Source: Bifidobacteriaceae bacterium (GTDB lineage Bacteria; Actinomycetota; Actinomycetes; Actinomycetales; WQXJ01). Taken from it: DNA of 64,000 bases. The DNA lies in the NCBI GenBank assembly GCA_031270825.1, contig JAISXH010000044.1, forward strand, positions 29,444 to 93,443, in the 5' to 3' direction. The notes beneath the pieces are model-generated. The model worked only from the letters and a program-made list of their open reading frames with translations. It was not told the DNA's origin and did not search any database. Every line of letters begins with the position of its first letter. Position 1 is the stretch's first letter. The position numbers and the translations under genes were made by a program. This document shows positions 1 through 7,400 of this stretch, in pieces.

Positions 1-719
1 ATGTTCGGACCGAAAAGGTAGCGCCGCGAGTTCAGGCGGAACTCGTAATCGGCCAGCCGTCCCTCGAAGACCGCCTTGGCGGCCTTGGCCGCAGCCGGAT
101 TGGTCGCGAAGATCTGCTTGTAGGCGCCGTTGTTGATGTCGTCAAAGATCTGCTGGTTGAGCAGGTCGATCTCCTGGCGCAGCGGCTCCGGGTAGAGATC
201 CGGCGCGTCCGGCCGGTGGTAGGGCGCCCAAGCCGTCTCCCATTCGTAGCTGAGCAGGTGGTAGTTGTTCGTGACGACCAAACCCGTCTTGGTGTCGATC
301 ACCGTGGGCGAGGTGCCCCGGCCTTTGAAGTCCGGGTCGGTGCGCTGGTAGAAATCATTCAGGCGAATGGTGCCGAAGTCTTCGCGCAGCGTGTTGCCGT
401 GTTCTGCGATCAGCCAGCCGTCATCGTCGCGGCCGGTCAGCAATGCGAACGGCACCACTTCGGTCAGACCCAGCAGTCGCAGCACGATCTGCTGGCGGCG
501 GTTCCACCCGCATCCGGGGTTACCGGCCAGGACGTAACGGCCGGGCTCGACCGGGAACTGCGAATCGGGTCCGCCGAAGTGGGCGGTGAACCAGTTCCGT
601 TGACGCCTGAAGGCGCCGTCCTCGGTTTGCTCAGTGGTGGTCTCAGGGAACTTGGACGGATCCACCTTCAGGGGTTTGCCCTTCAGGTCCTGCTCTAGAT
701 CGGCGGTCAGTGTGGCCAT
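1..719 (-). CDS. Xi-class glutathione transferase / glutathionyl-hydroquinone reductase family protein (YqjG/ECM4-like). Only the N-terminal ~239 codons are in the window; the C-terminus lies left of it.
   Basis: Absent from the ORF track because it runs off the left edge. My minus-strand translation from ATG 719 (GAGGAG 7 nt upstream) reads MATLTADLEQDL..GAFRRQRNWFTAHFGG..PGRYVLAGNPGCGWNRRQQIVLRLLGL..NNGAYKQIFATNPAAAKAAKAVFEGRLADYEFRLNSRRYLFGPN. By eye it is collinear with E. coli YqjG (FRNWLTADG..RYHLYVSLACPWAHRTLIMRKLKGL..NNGVYKAGFA..LGQHRYLTGNQ). Confidence 0.8.
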   Translation of the reverse strand, partial: MATLTADLEQDLKGKPLKVDPSKFPETTTEQTEDGAFRRQRNWFTAHFGGPDSQFPVEPGRYVLAGNPGCGWNRRQQIVLRLLGLTEVVPFALLTGRDDDGWLIAEHGNTLREDFGTIRLNDFYQRTDPDFKGRGTSPTVIDTKTGLVVTNNYHLLSYEWETAWAPYHRPDAPDLYPEPLRQEIDLLNQQIFDDINNGAYKQIFATNPAAAKAAKAVFEGRLADYEFRLNSRRYLFGPN

Positions 720-763
720 GATGGCGCTCTCCTCAGTTGAGTGTCGGTGGTTGGGTTGTTCGG

Positions 764-2944
764 TCAGATTGATGTGGTCAATTGGTCCGCGGACCGGCCC
801 GCGCGTCCGTCTGTCGGTCTTGGCGGTGCGGCGAGGGCGGCCGCCGCCTGGAACTTGTCTTCGGCTTGATGGAGTTGCAGACGGGGAAAGTCCCTCAGGT
901 CCGCCCGATAGGCGTCGAAGATGGCCGCCAGGGCGGATTCAGCCGAGCCCGCCTGGTTGCCGGACAGGAAACGGCGTCCTTTGAGGCGGGCATTGAGCCA
1001 GTCGATTCTGGCCCAGAACAATCGCCAAATGGCCAGCGCGGCGCCCGGTTCTGGTTGGTCCAACAACCGCTCCAGCGAGCCGAGCAGATCCGCTTCCAAG
1101 GTCTCCAGCAGAGTGGGCGCCTGGCCCACGGGGCCGCCGCCAACGCCACTGACGCTGGTCGACCGGGCAGATTGAACCGAGGGCAAACCGCTCGGTTTGA
1201 CGCCATCGGGCCGGCCTGCCTGGGCGGACGCCTCAGGTGGAGCTTCGGCGCTGGTCGCCTGGTCGAGTTCGGCCGCAGGCCGATTGCCGGTGGGCCGACT
1301 GGCGTCTTCGCGCCGCCGGAGTTGGTGGACGCGCTCGGCCGCCCGCTCCCAGCGGGCGCGGGCCCCCGCGACGTCTGGCCCCGGCCAGTCGGCCGGATAG
1401 TCCAGGACGGGCACGGACGGATCGCGCGCCGGGAGGGGCCGATGCAGGTCCTTAGGCGGGCGCAGCCACTCGGAACGAGGGTCCGCCAGGGCCTCTGTCG
1501 GCGGCAACGGGCCGAACGGTTCGGCGTAGACCCCATCGCGATCCGGGGCCAGGCCGATATCTCGCAACTCGGATTCAGTCAGCGCCGCCAGGCCCAAGAC
1601 CAACCGGGCTTGGTGCCACAGGCGCGGCCAATCGGCCACCACCCCGAAGGCCGGGAATCCGGCGCGCCAGCTCAAGTCGTAGGAGGCCAGAAGGCTGAAC
1701 AGGTAAATGTCGGCGCGGTTTGGTCGCTCCTGGCCCAAGAAAGGACCGTCTTGCGCTAGTTGGAGATTCAAGTGGTCCAAGCGGGCGAAGAACACCCGTG
1801 CGGCGGCCGCGCCCGCATCCGCGTCCAGGGACCACAACGCGGTCACGGCCCCATTGCCGAGATCCGCCAAGAGTCGCCCGATCTGCCTATCTTCCGCCGA
1901 TGCCGTCGAACGCTCGCCGTTTTCGGTGGCGCTTGGTCCGGCCTCGCCAGGGCGTCGGATCTGTTTGGGAGGAGCCAAGACGCCTTCGGCCGTCAGACGG
2001 GAGATGATGCGCTCGGCCCGAGCCACGGCATCGGCGGGCGGGTTTTCGGGAATGAAGGCCCCGGACGCGTCGACGGCGCCGGGGGGACGCGCGGGCCAGA
2101 GCGCCCGGTCGGGTTCGCGCCAGAAAGGCGGATGGCTGGCCGGTCCGGGGCGTCGATCCACGCGGATGACCTCGGATTCCGGCAACGGATCGGGGACGTG
2201 GTAGGTGAAGGTCGCCAGACGCTCGTCGTAAGCCGAGACGAAAGCGGTTTCGCGTTCCGGGCGACGGCTGAAGCCGTGGGCGTAGTAGAGCCGGTGAGCG
2301 GCGGACATCTGTGGGCTGGAGTTGATCTGGATGACGCGGAAGCCGTAGGCGCGGGCGAGCGCGATGGCGTGGTTGGTCAGCGCCGCGCCCAGACCCAGGC
2401 CACGTCCGGCCGGGCCCACTGCCAGCACCGAAAAGGTGAAGTGCTCTGGCGTCCAGAATTCCACCCGGGGGGTGAGCACAATCCCGAGCAGGCTGTCCGT
2501 TTGGTCGACCGCCAACCAGATGTGCCAGGTCTCGGCCCGCTGACCCAGCCGCCTCAGGCCTTGCTCATATCCCTCGGACACCCAGCAACCGGTGGTGAAG
2601 GCTGCGACCAGGAGATCCTCGGCCGGGGCGTATTCGTCGGGACGGGCTTCGCGGATGGTCTGGCCGCCGGGCAGGTGCACCGCCCGCGCCCAAGCGGGCA
2701 AAGTGTCTCGGGTCTGTGCGGGCGGGTGGGCGACTGGTGACTGGGCGACTGGTCGATAGGCGACGGCGCTGCGGGCGACTGCCGGCCGGGCGGCCGCAGG
2801 CGGCGACGCCGCCCTTGAGATCGCCTCGGCGCCGGACGGCGCCACGGCGGAGGCAGACCGGTCGGGCGGCGCTCCGGCAGGGGCCGTGGGGCTGGGCGAG
2901 GAGTGGATGGGGGATGCGTTAGAGGCCAAGGTCGGTTGATTCAT
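764..2944 (-). CDS. Multidomain protein: Ala/Pro/Ser-rich N-terminus, a GNAT N-acetyltransferase domain, and two tandem Xi-GST C-terminal-like helical domains.
   Basis: ORF track, 726 aa. Residues ~100-250 are a GNAT core with motif A R-G-L-G-L-G (LAVGPAGRGLGLGAALTNHAIALARAYGF..LYYAHGF). Residues ~370-470 and ~610-700 each resemble the GST-Xi C-domain (see first finding). It lies 44 nt upstream of, and on the same strand as, the GST gene at 1..719. The start is uncertain because the RBS is weak and the N-terminus is low-complexity. Confidence 0.7.
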   Translation of the reverse strand: MNQPTLASNASPIHSSPSPTAPAGAPPDRSASAVAPSGAEAISRAASPPAAARPAVARSAVAYRPVAQSPVAHPPAQTRDTLPAWARAVHLPGGQTIREARPDEYAPAEDLLVAAFTTGCWVSEGYEQGLRRLGQRAETWHIWLAVDQTDSLLGIVLTPRVEFWTPEHFTFSVLAVGPAGRGLGLGAALTNHAIALARAYGFRVIQINSSPQMSAAHRLYYAHGFSRRPERETAFVSAYDERLATFTYHVPDPLPESEVIRVDRRPGPASHPPFWREPDRALWPARPPGAVDASGAFIPENPPADAVARAERIISRLTAEGVLAPPKQIRRPGEAGPSATENGERSTASAEDRQIGRLLADLGNGAVTALWSLDADAGAAAARVFFARLDHLNLQLAQDGPFLGQERPNRADIYLFSLLASYDLSWRAGFPAFGVVADWPRLWHQARLVLGLAALTESELRDIGLAPDRDGVYAEPFGPLPPTEALADPRSEWLRPPKDLHRPLPARDPSVPVLDYPADWPGPDVAGARARWERAAERVHQLRRREDASRPTGNRPAAELDQATSAEAPPEASAQAGRPDGVKPSGLPSVQSARSTSVSGVGGGPVGQAPTLLETLEADLLGSLERLLDQPEPGAALAIWRLFWARIDWLNARLKGRRFLSGNQAGSAESALAAIFDAYRADLRDFPRLQLHQAEDKFQAAAALAAPPRPTDGRAGRSADQLTTSI

Positions 2945-3137
2945 GGCTTTTCGGCTTTCTCTTGGCTGACCTCGGGCGGGAACCGCCCGGGCGTATTCAA
3001 GAAACAGGGGGAATCTGCGGACTAGCGAGGGCAGCGCGCCAGTTGGCGGCGCCGCCAGGAGCGCATTCGCGCGCTCGACATTCGCTTCGCCCGGTTGGCC
3101 ACCTGAAGATGTTCACAGGGCCGAGCGGCCGGGTCAA

Positions 3138-3251
3138 CAAATGTAAAGGACTCCCCCGCGCCGCCGTTCCAACCGGTGGCATGGGCGCGCCAGTCGGCGC
3201 CGGAACCCTGGCTTCTGGCTCTTGAGCAGGTCGATCAGCAAATGTAAAGGA
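3138..3251. promoter_or_regulatory. Two identical 13-nt boxes CAAATGTAAAGGA (3138..3150 and 3239..3251) in the 516-bp divergent intergenic region.
   Basis: Read directly: gggtCAaCAAATGTAAAGGActcc and cgatCAgCAAATGTAAAGGAactac, 101 bp apart. They are AT-rich islands in GC-rich DNA. Function unknown. Confidence 0.3.
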
Positions 3252-3460
3252 ACTACGGGCCGCAGCCGGGCGGCTGGCGGCCGAGCCGTGTAGGGTGTCC
3301 CCGTGAGCGAAACGCGGTCTATGGGCCCGGGCGCGCGAATGCGCGGGCGAATGCCTTCCCGCGCGCCGCAGTCCTAGACCGCAGGTGATTGCAAGCAGAG
3401 GTTCTCCGCAAAGGCGCGCGTGCCAATCCCGCTAAACCAGTTTCGCAAAGGACCTTTGAC

Positions 3461-4750
3461 ATGCACCTTTCCACCCGATGTATTCACGGTTTTGGACCCG
3501 CGCCGGATTCGACCGGCGCCATTTCGACCCCTATCTACCAGACCGCCACCTTCGCCCATCCCGCAGTCGGCCAGTCGACCGGTTTCGACTACACCCGCAC
3601 CGCCAATCCCACCCGATCAGCTCTTGAGTCGACAATGGCGTCGCTCGAATCCGGCGCCGCGGCTTTCGGCTTCGCTTCTGGGATGGCCGCGATCTCAACC
3701 GTGGCGGAGCTTTTCGCGCCCGGCGACCATGTCGTGGTCAGCGCCGACGTCTATGGCGGCACGCACCGCCTGTTCGCCGACGTGTCCGCGAAGAACGGGA
3801 TCAGCTTCACCCGCGCGGGCACCGACCGACAGATCGCGGCCGGGGTCACTGCGCGCACCAAGGCGGTCTTCATCGAGACGCCGACCAATCCGATGATGCA
3901 GGTGGTCGACATCGTGGCGGCGGCCCAGGCCGCCCATGCGGCCGGAGCGCTGCTGATCGTGGACAACACTTTCTTGACGCCCTACTTCCAGCGGCCGCTT
4001 GAGTTGGGAGCGGACATCGTGGTCCACTCCGCGACCAAGTATCTGGCCGGCCACAACGACACGTTGGCCGGCGTCGTGGTGGTGCGCGATGCCGACCTCG
4101 GCGAACGCATTCGCGCCTTACGTTGCACTTTGGGCGGGACTTTGGCGCCATTCGACTCCTGGCTGGTGCAACGAGGCGTCAAGACCTTGGCGGTCCGCCT
4201 CGAGCGCCAAAGCGCCAATGCCGCGATTCTGGCCGCCTGGCTGCGCGACCATCCGGCGGTGCGAGAGGTCTACTATCCGGGCCTGCCGGATCATCCTGGT
4301 TTCGCGGTCAGCCAGCGCCAGGCCAGCGGACACGGCGCCATGATCTCCTTCAGGGTGGCGAACCAGGCCCACGCCCACCGGGTCCTCGCGAGCGTCAAGA
4401 TCATCCAATTCGCTGAATCGCTGGGCGGAACGGAATCGCTGATGACCTACCCGTTGACGCAGACGCATGCCGAAGTGCCGGAATCACAGCGCCTCGAATT
4501 GGGGTTGGATGAGACCTTGCTGCGCTTGTCCGTGGGCTTGGAGGACGTTCGCGACCTGGTGGCAGACCTGGATCAGGCGCTGGGCGAAGGCGTTGAGGCC
4601 AGTTCCCCGGCGCGGCGACACGGCCTGCGGCCGGCTCGGCCCTCGGCAGAGGCTAACGTGGTTCGGGCGGCCAGACCTGTCCTGGCGCAAACGGGACCAA
4701 TTCAGGGGGAAAGTGGGAGACGGCATCGTGCGACGGTCGGTCTTCGATGA
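3461..4750 (+). CDS. Cys/Met-metabolism PLP enzyme, cystathionine gamma-synthase-like (MetB/MetI type; a beta/gamma-lyase activity cannot be excluded).
   Basis: ORF 3389..4750, with the start moved to ATG 3461 (MHLSTRCIHG; AAGGA about 11 nt upstream). Motifs: TANPTR, IVDNTF, PLP-lysine HSATKYLAGHNDTLAGVVVV, FAESLGGTESL. By eye it is closest to B. subtilis MetI. A ~55-aa C-terminal tail overlaps the next gene by 23 nt. Confidence 0.85.
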   Translation: MHLSTRCIHGFGPAPDSTGAISTPIYQTATFAHPAVGQSTGFDYTRTANPTRSALESTMASLESGAAAFGFASGMAAISTVAELFAPGDHVVVSADVYGGTHRLFADVSAKNGISFTRAGTDRQIAAGVTARTKAVFIETPTNPMMQVVDIVAAAQAAHAAGALLIVDNTFLTPYFQRPLELGADIVVHSATKYLAGHNDTLAGVVVVRDADLGERIRALRCTLGGTLAPFDSWLVQRGVKTLAVRLERQSANAAILAAWLRDHPAVREVYYPGLPDHPGFAVSQRQASGHGAMISFRVANQAHAHRVLASVKIIQFAESLGGTESLMTYPLTQTHAEVPESQRLELGLDETLLRLSVGLEDVRDLVADLDQALGEGVEASSPARRHGLRPARPSAEANVVRAARPVLAQTGPIQGESGRRHRATVGLR

Positions 4751-5891
4751 GGTGATAAACCGAAGCGGGACCGGCGCGCTGATGCTGGCGCGGGAACGCT
4801 ATGGCGTGCCGGCGGATGCGCTGCCGCTGTGGGTCGCGGACATGGCTTTCAGAACGCCCCCGACGGTCACGGAGGCGCTGGCGGAACGGGTGCGCCACGG
4901 CATTTTCGGCTATTCGCTGCCGACCCCGGCCTACTACGACGCGCTGGCTGGCTGGTTCGAGCGCCGGCACGCCTGGGAACTTGATCCGCGCACAGCCGTC
5001 TTGACCCGTGGCGTGGTGCATGGGCTGTACTTGACGTTGGAGGCGTTGACGGCGCCGGGAGCGGGCGTGATCATCCAGCCGCCGGTGTACCCGCCCTTCT
5101 TTGAGGTGGTGCGTGACACCGGCCGGCGCGTGCTGGCGAACCCGCTGGTGGAGGATGCGGGCCGGTATGTGATCGACTTCGACCATTTTGAGGCCTTGGC
5201 CCGGGACGCCTCGGCGTTCATTTTGTGCTCGCCGCACAACCCGGTCGGCCGGGTCTGGACGCGCTCCGAATTGTCGCGACTGGCCGAGATTTGTCTGCGT
5301 CACGATGTCTGGATCATTTCTGACGAGGTGCATCAGGACTTCGTCTATCCCGGGGGCCGGCATGTCGTGACCGCCACCTTGGACCCGGCCGTGGCGGCCC
5401 GAACGGTGACTTGCACGGCGCCGTCGAAGACGTTCAATCTGGCCGGTTTGCAGTTGGCGAATCTTCTGGTGTCTGATCCCGCCGCTCGCGCCCGGTTGAC
5501 GGCCACCTATGGCGCGCAGGGGCTCAGCCAGCAGCCCGTCGTGGGTTTGCTGGCTTGTCAGGCCGCCTATGGCGGCGGGGCGGACGCTTGGGTCGACGAG
5601 TTGGTGGCCTACCTGGCCGGGAACCTGGCGTTGATTGAGGCTGGCGTGGCCGATTTGCCCGGGCTGCGTTTCACGCGCCCGGAGGGGACCTACTTGGCTT
5701 GGCTGGATTTGCGCGGCTTGGATCTGGAGCCGGCCCCCTTGCGCCGCCTGGTGTTGGAAGGCGCGCGTTTGTGGCTGTCGGATGGCCCCACCTTCGGCGC
5801 TGAGGGCGCCGGCTTCCAACGGCTCAACGCGGCCGTGCCGCGTTCGGTTATTGAGTCCGCTTTGGAGCGCCTGGCCGCCGCCGTCCCCTAG
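4728..5891 (+). CDS. MalY/PatB/AecD-type C-S lyase (cystathionine beta-lyase, class I/II aminotransferase fold).
   Basis: ORF 4467..5891, with the start moved to in-frame GTG 4728 (VRRSVFDEVINRSGTGA; purine-rich GGGGGAAAGTGGGAG upstream). Motifs: LWVADMAF, CSPHNPVGRVW, PLP-lysine APSKTFNLAGL. Confidence 0.85.
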   Translation: MRRSVFDEVINRSGTGALMLARERYGVPADALPLWVADMAFRTPPTVTEALAERVRHGIFGYSLPTPAYYDALAGWFERRHAWELDPRTAVLTRGVVHGLYLTLEALTAPGAGVIIQPPVYPPFFEVVRDTGRRVLANPLVEDAGRYVIDFDHFEALARDASAFILCSPHNPVGRVWTRSELSRLAEICLRHDVWIISDEVHQDFVYPGGRHVVTATLDPAVAARTVTCTAPSKTFNLAGLQLANLLVSDPAARARLTATYGAQGLSQQPVVGLLACQAAYGGGADAWVDELVAYLAGNLALIEAGVADLPGLRFTRPEGTYLAWLDLRGLDLEPAPLRRLVLEGARLWLSDGPTFGAEGAGFQRLNAAVPRSVIESALERLAAAVP

Positions 5892-6015
5892 GAGCGTGGT
5901 GAATAACCACGCTCCGCGCGTGTTGACGCAGGGCAGCGGGATGCTGACCAGCGGAAACGCGGCAGTAAGTGCTGCCTCGGCCCTAGGAAGCCGGTTTATT
6001 CACCGGCTTGCTAGG
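5889..6015 (+). repeat. Copy A of a ~127-nt dispersed hairpin-ended element (MITE-like or structured RNA).
   Basis: Hairpin 1 is 5891..5915 (GGAGCGTGG-tgaataa-CCACGCTCC). The core is TTGACGCAGGGCAGCGGGATGCTGACCAGCGGAAACGCGG. Hairpin 2 is 5988..6009 (AAGCCGGT-ttattc-ACCGGCTT). CTAGG occurs at both ends and before hairpin 2. It fills the gap between the convergent patB-like and metX genes. Matches 57473..57599 and 11368..11440 in reverse orientation. Confidence 0.8.
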
Positions 6016-6062
6016 GTCGCGCCGCGCCCCAAGAGTCGGTCAGTGGCTCGCGCTGGCCGGCC

Positions 6063-7400
6063 TCAGGAGTGGAGGAAGTCACCCACCACTGGGCCGAGCT
6101 GGGCGAACTCGATCAGGAAGCCGTCATGGCCGTAATCCGAGTGGACCAGGTGGACGTCGCCGGCGCCGGGAATCAGGTCCGCCAGTTCGCCAGACTCGCG
6201 CGGCAGGTAGAGCCGGTCCGAGTCGACCGCCACCACCAGGGCTCGGGCGCTGATCGAAGCCAGCGCGGCAGCCACCCCGCCGCGATCCCGTCCCACATCA
6301 TGGGAGCACAGCGCCTCAGTCAAGACGATGTAGGAGTTGGCGTCGAAGCGCAGGGCCAATTTGGCGGCGTGGTGCTCCAGGTAAGACGCGACGGCGTAAC
6401 GGCCGCCGCCGCCCAGCGGCTCCTCGCCCGCCTGCGCCTCGGCGCCGAAGCGGCCCTCGAGTTCGACCGCCGAACGGTAGGTGGTGTGGGCGATCTGCCG
6501 GGCGATTCCCAAGCCCACATGGGGCCCTTGGCCGTCTGGCTGGCCGTAGTAGTCGCCACCTAGAAAGTAGGGGTCGTTGCGGATGGCGCACAACTGCGCG
6601 TGCGCCCAGGCGATCTGGTCGGCGGTGGACTTGGCCGTGGTCGCGACCGGTGCGATTCGGGCCACCCGATCAGGCGCCATCACGGCCCATTCGAGCACCC
6701 GCATTCCTCCCATCGACCCCCCGATCACGAGGGCGAATTGGCGGATGCCCAGAAAATCGGCCAAGGCCAGCTCCGCCCGAACCTGGTCGCGGACGGTGAT
6801 GTACGCGAAGCTCGAGCCGTAGCGGCGTGGCCGGACGGCATCGGGCACGCTGGTGGAAACCTCCCCGGAACCCGGCGCGACGGGCTGACCTGGGGTTACG
6901 GTCCCACCTGGCGTAACGGGCCGGCCTGGCGCGACGGGCTGACCTGGCCGGCCCGAAGGCTCCGGCCCGGCCAGCCAACTGGGCTCTGACAACGAGGCCG
7001 GCCCGGTGGTGCCCTGACACCCCCCCAGGACGTTCGGGGCCAGGACGAAATATTCGTCGGTGTCGACGGGGGCGCCCGGCCCGATCAGATCGGTCCACCA
7101 ACCGGCGGTCGGATGGCCCGGCCCGGCCGGTCCGCGAATATGCGAATCGCCGGTCAGGGCGTGCAGGACCAACACGGCGTTGTCGCCGGCGGCGTTGAGC
7201 TTGCCCCAGGTCTCGTAGGCGATCGTGACGTCGACGAGCCCACCGCGTTCGGGTCGGAAGGGGCCCACCCGGTGGAACTGGCGATGGCCCACCGGGTCCG
7301 ATTCGAGCCATGCTCCCGTGGCGGGCACCAACTGGCCCGGCTCGGGGGCGCGGCCCTCGAAACCGGGTCCAGGGCCCATGCCCGCCACGGTCATGGTCAC
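6063..7400 (-). CDS. metX: Homoserine O-acetyltransferase.
   Basis: ORF track. Motifs: DVTIAYETWGKLN, VLHALTGDSH, nucleophile elbow GGSMGGM, HSDYGHDGFL. GTG 7400 overlaps the metY stop (GTGA); ATG 7394 is an alternative start. Carries a ~55-aa Pro-rich insertion. Confidence 0.9.
   Translation of the reverse strand: MTMTVAGMGPGPGFEGRAPEPGQLVPATGAWLESDPVGHRQFHRVGPFRPERGGLVDVTIAYETWGKLNAAGDNAVLVLHALTGDSHIRGPAGPGHPTAGWWTDLIGPGAPVDTDEYFVLAPNVLGGCQGTTGPASLSEPSWLAGPEPSGRPGQPVAPGRPVTPGGTVTPGQPVAPGSGEVSTSVPDAVRPRRYGSSFAYITVRDQVRAELALADFLGIRQFALVIGGSMGGMRVLEWAVMAPDRVARIAPVATTAKSTADQIAWAHAQLCAIRNDPYFLGGDYYGQPDGQGPHVGLGIARQIAHTTYRSAVELEGRFGAEAQAGEEPLGGGGRYAVASYLEHHAAKLALRFDANSYIVLTEALCSHDVGRDRGGVAAALASISARALVVAVDSDRLYLPRESGELADLIPGAGDVHLVHSDYGHDGFLIEFAQLGPVVGDFLHS

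Noticed and set aside
3300-3460. Possible S-box/SAM element in the MetB-like leader (GTGCCAATCCC resembles the SAM-I GGUGCCAAUUCC; the leader also has GC-rich alternative hairpins).
   Set aside because: There is no GGCAACC partner and no AGAGGNGG/GAGGGA-type junctions. The GC-rich hairpins (GGCGCGCG/CGCGCGCC and others) are expected by chance in DNA of this composition.
5921-5952. The TTGACG..TGACCA segment in the core of the dispersed element, read as a sigma-70-type promoter.
   Set aside because: There is no acceptable TAnnnT -10 hexamer at the right spacing. The conservation is better explained by the element's own structure. Kept only as a remote possibility under the element finding.
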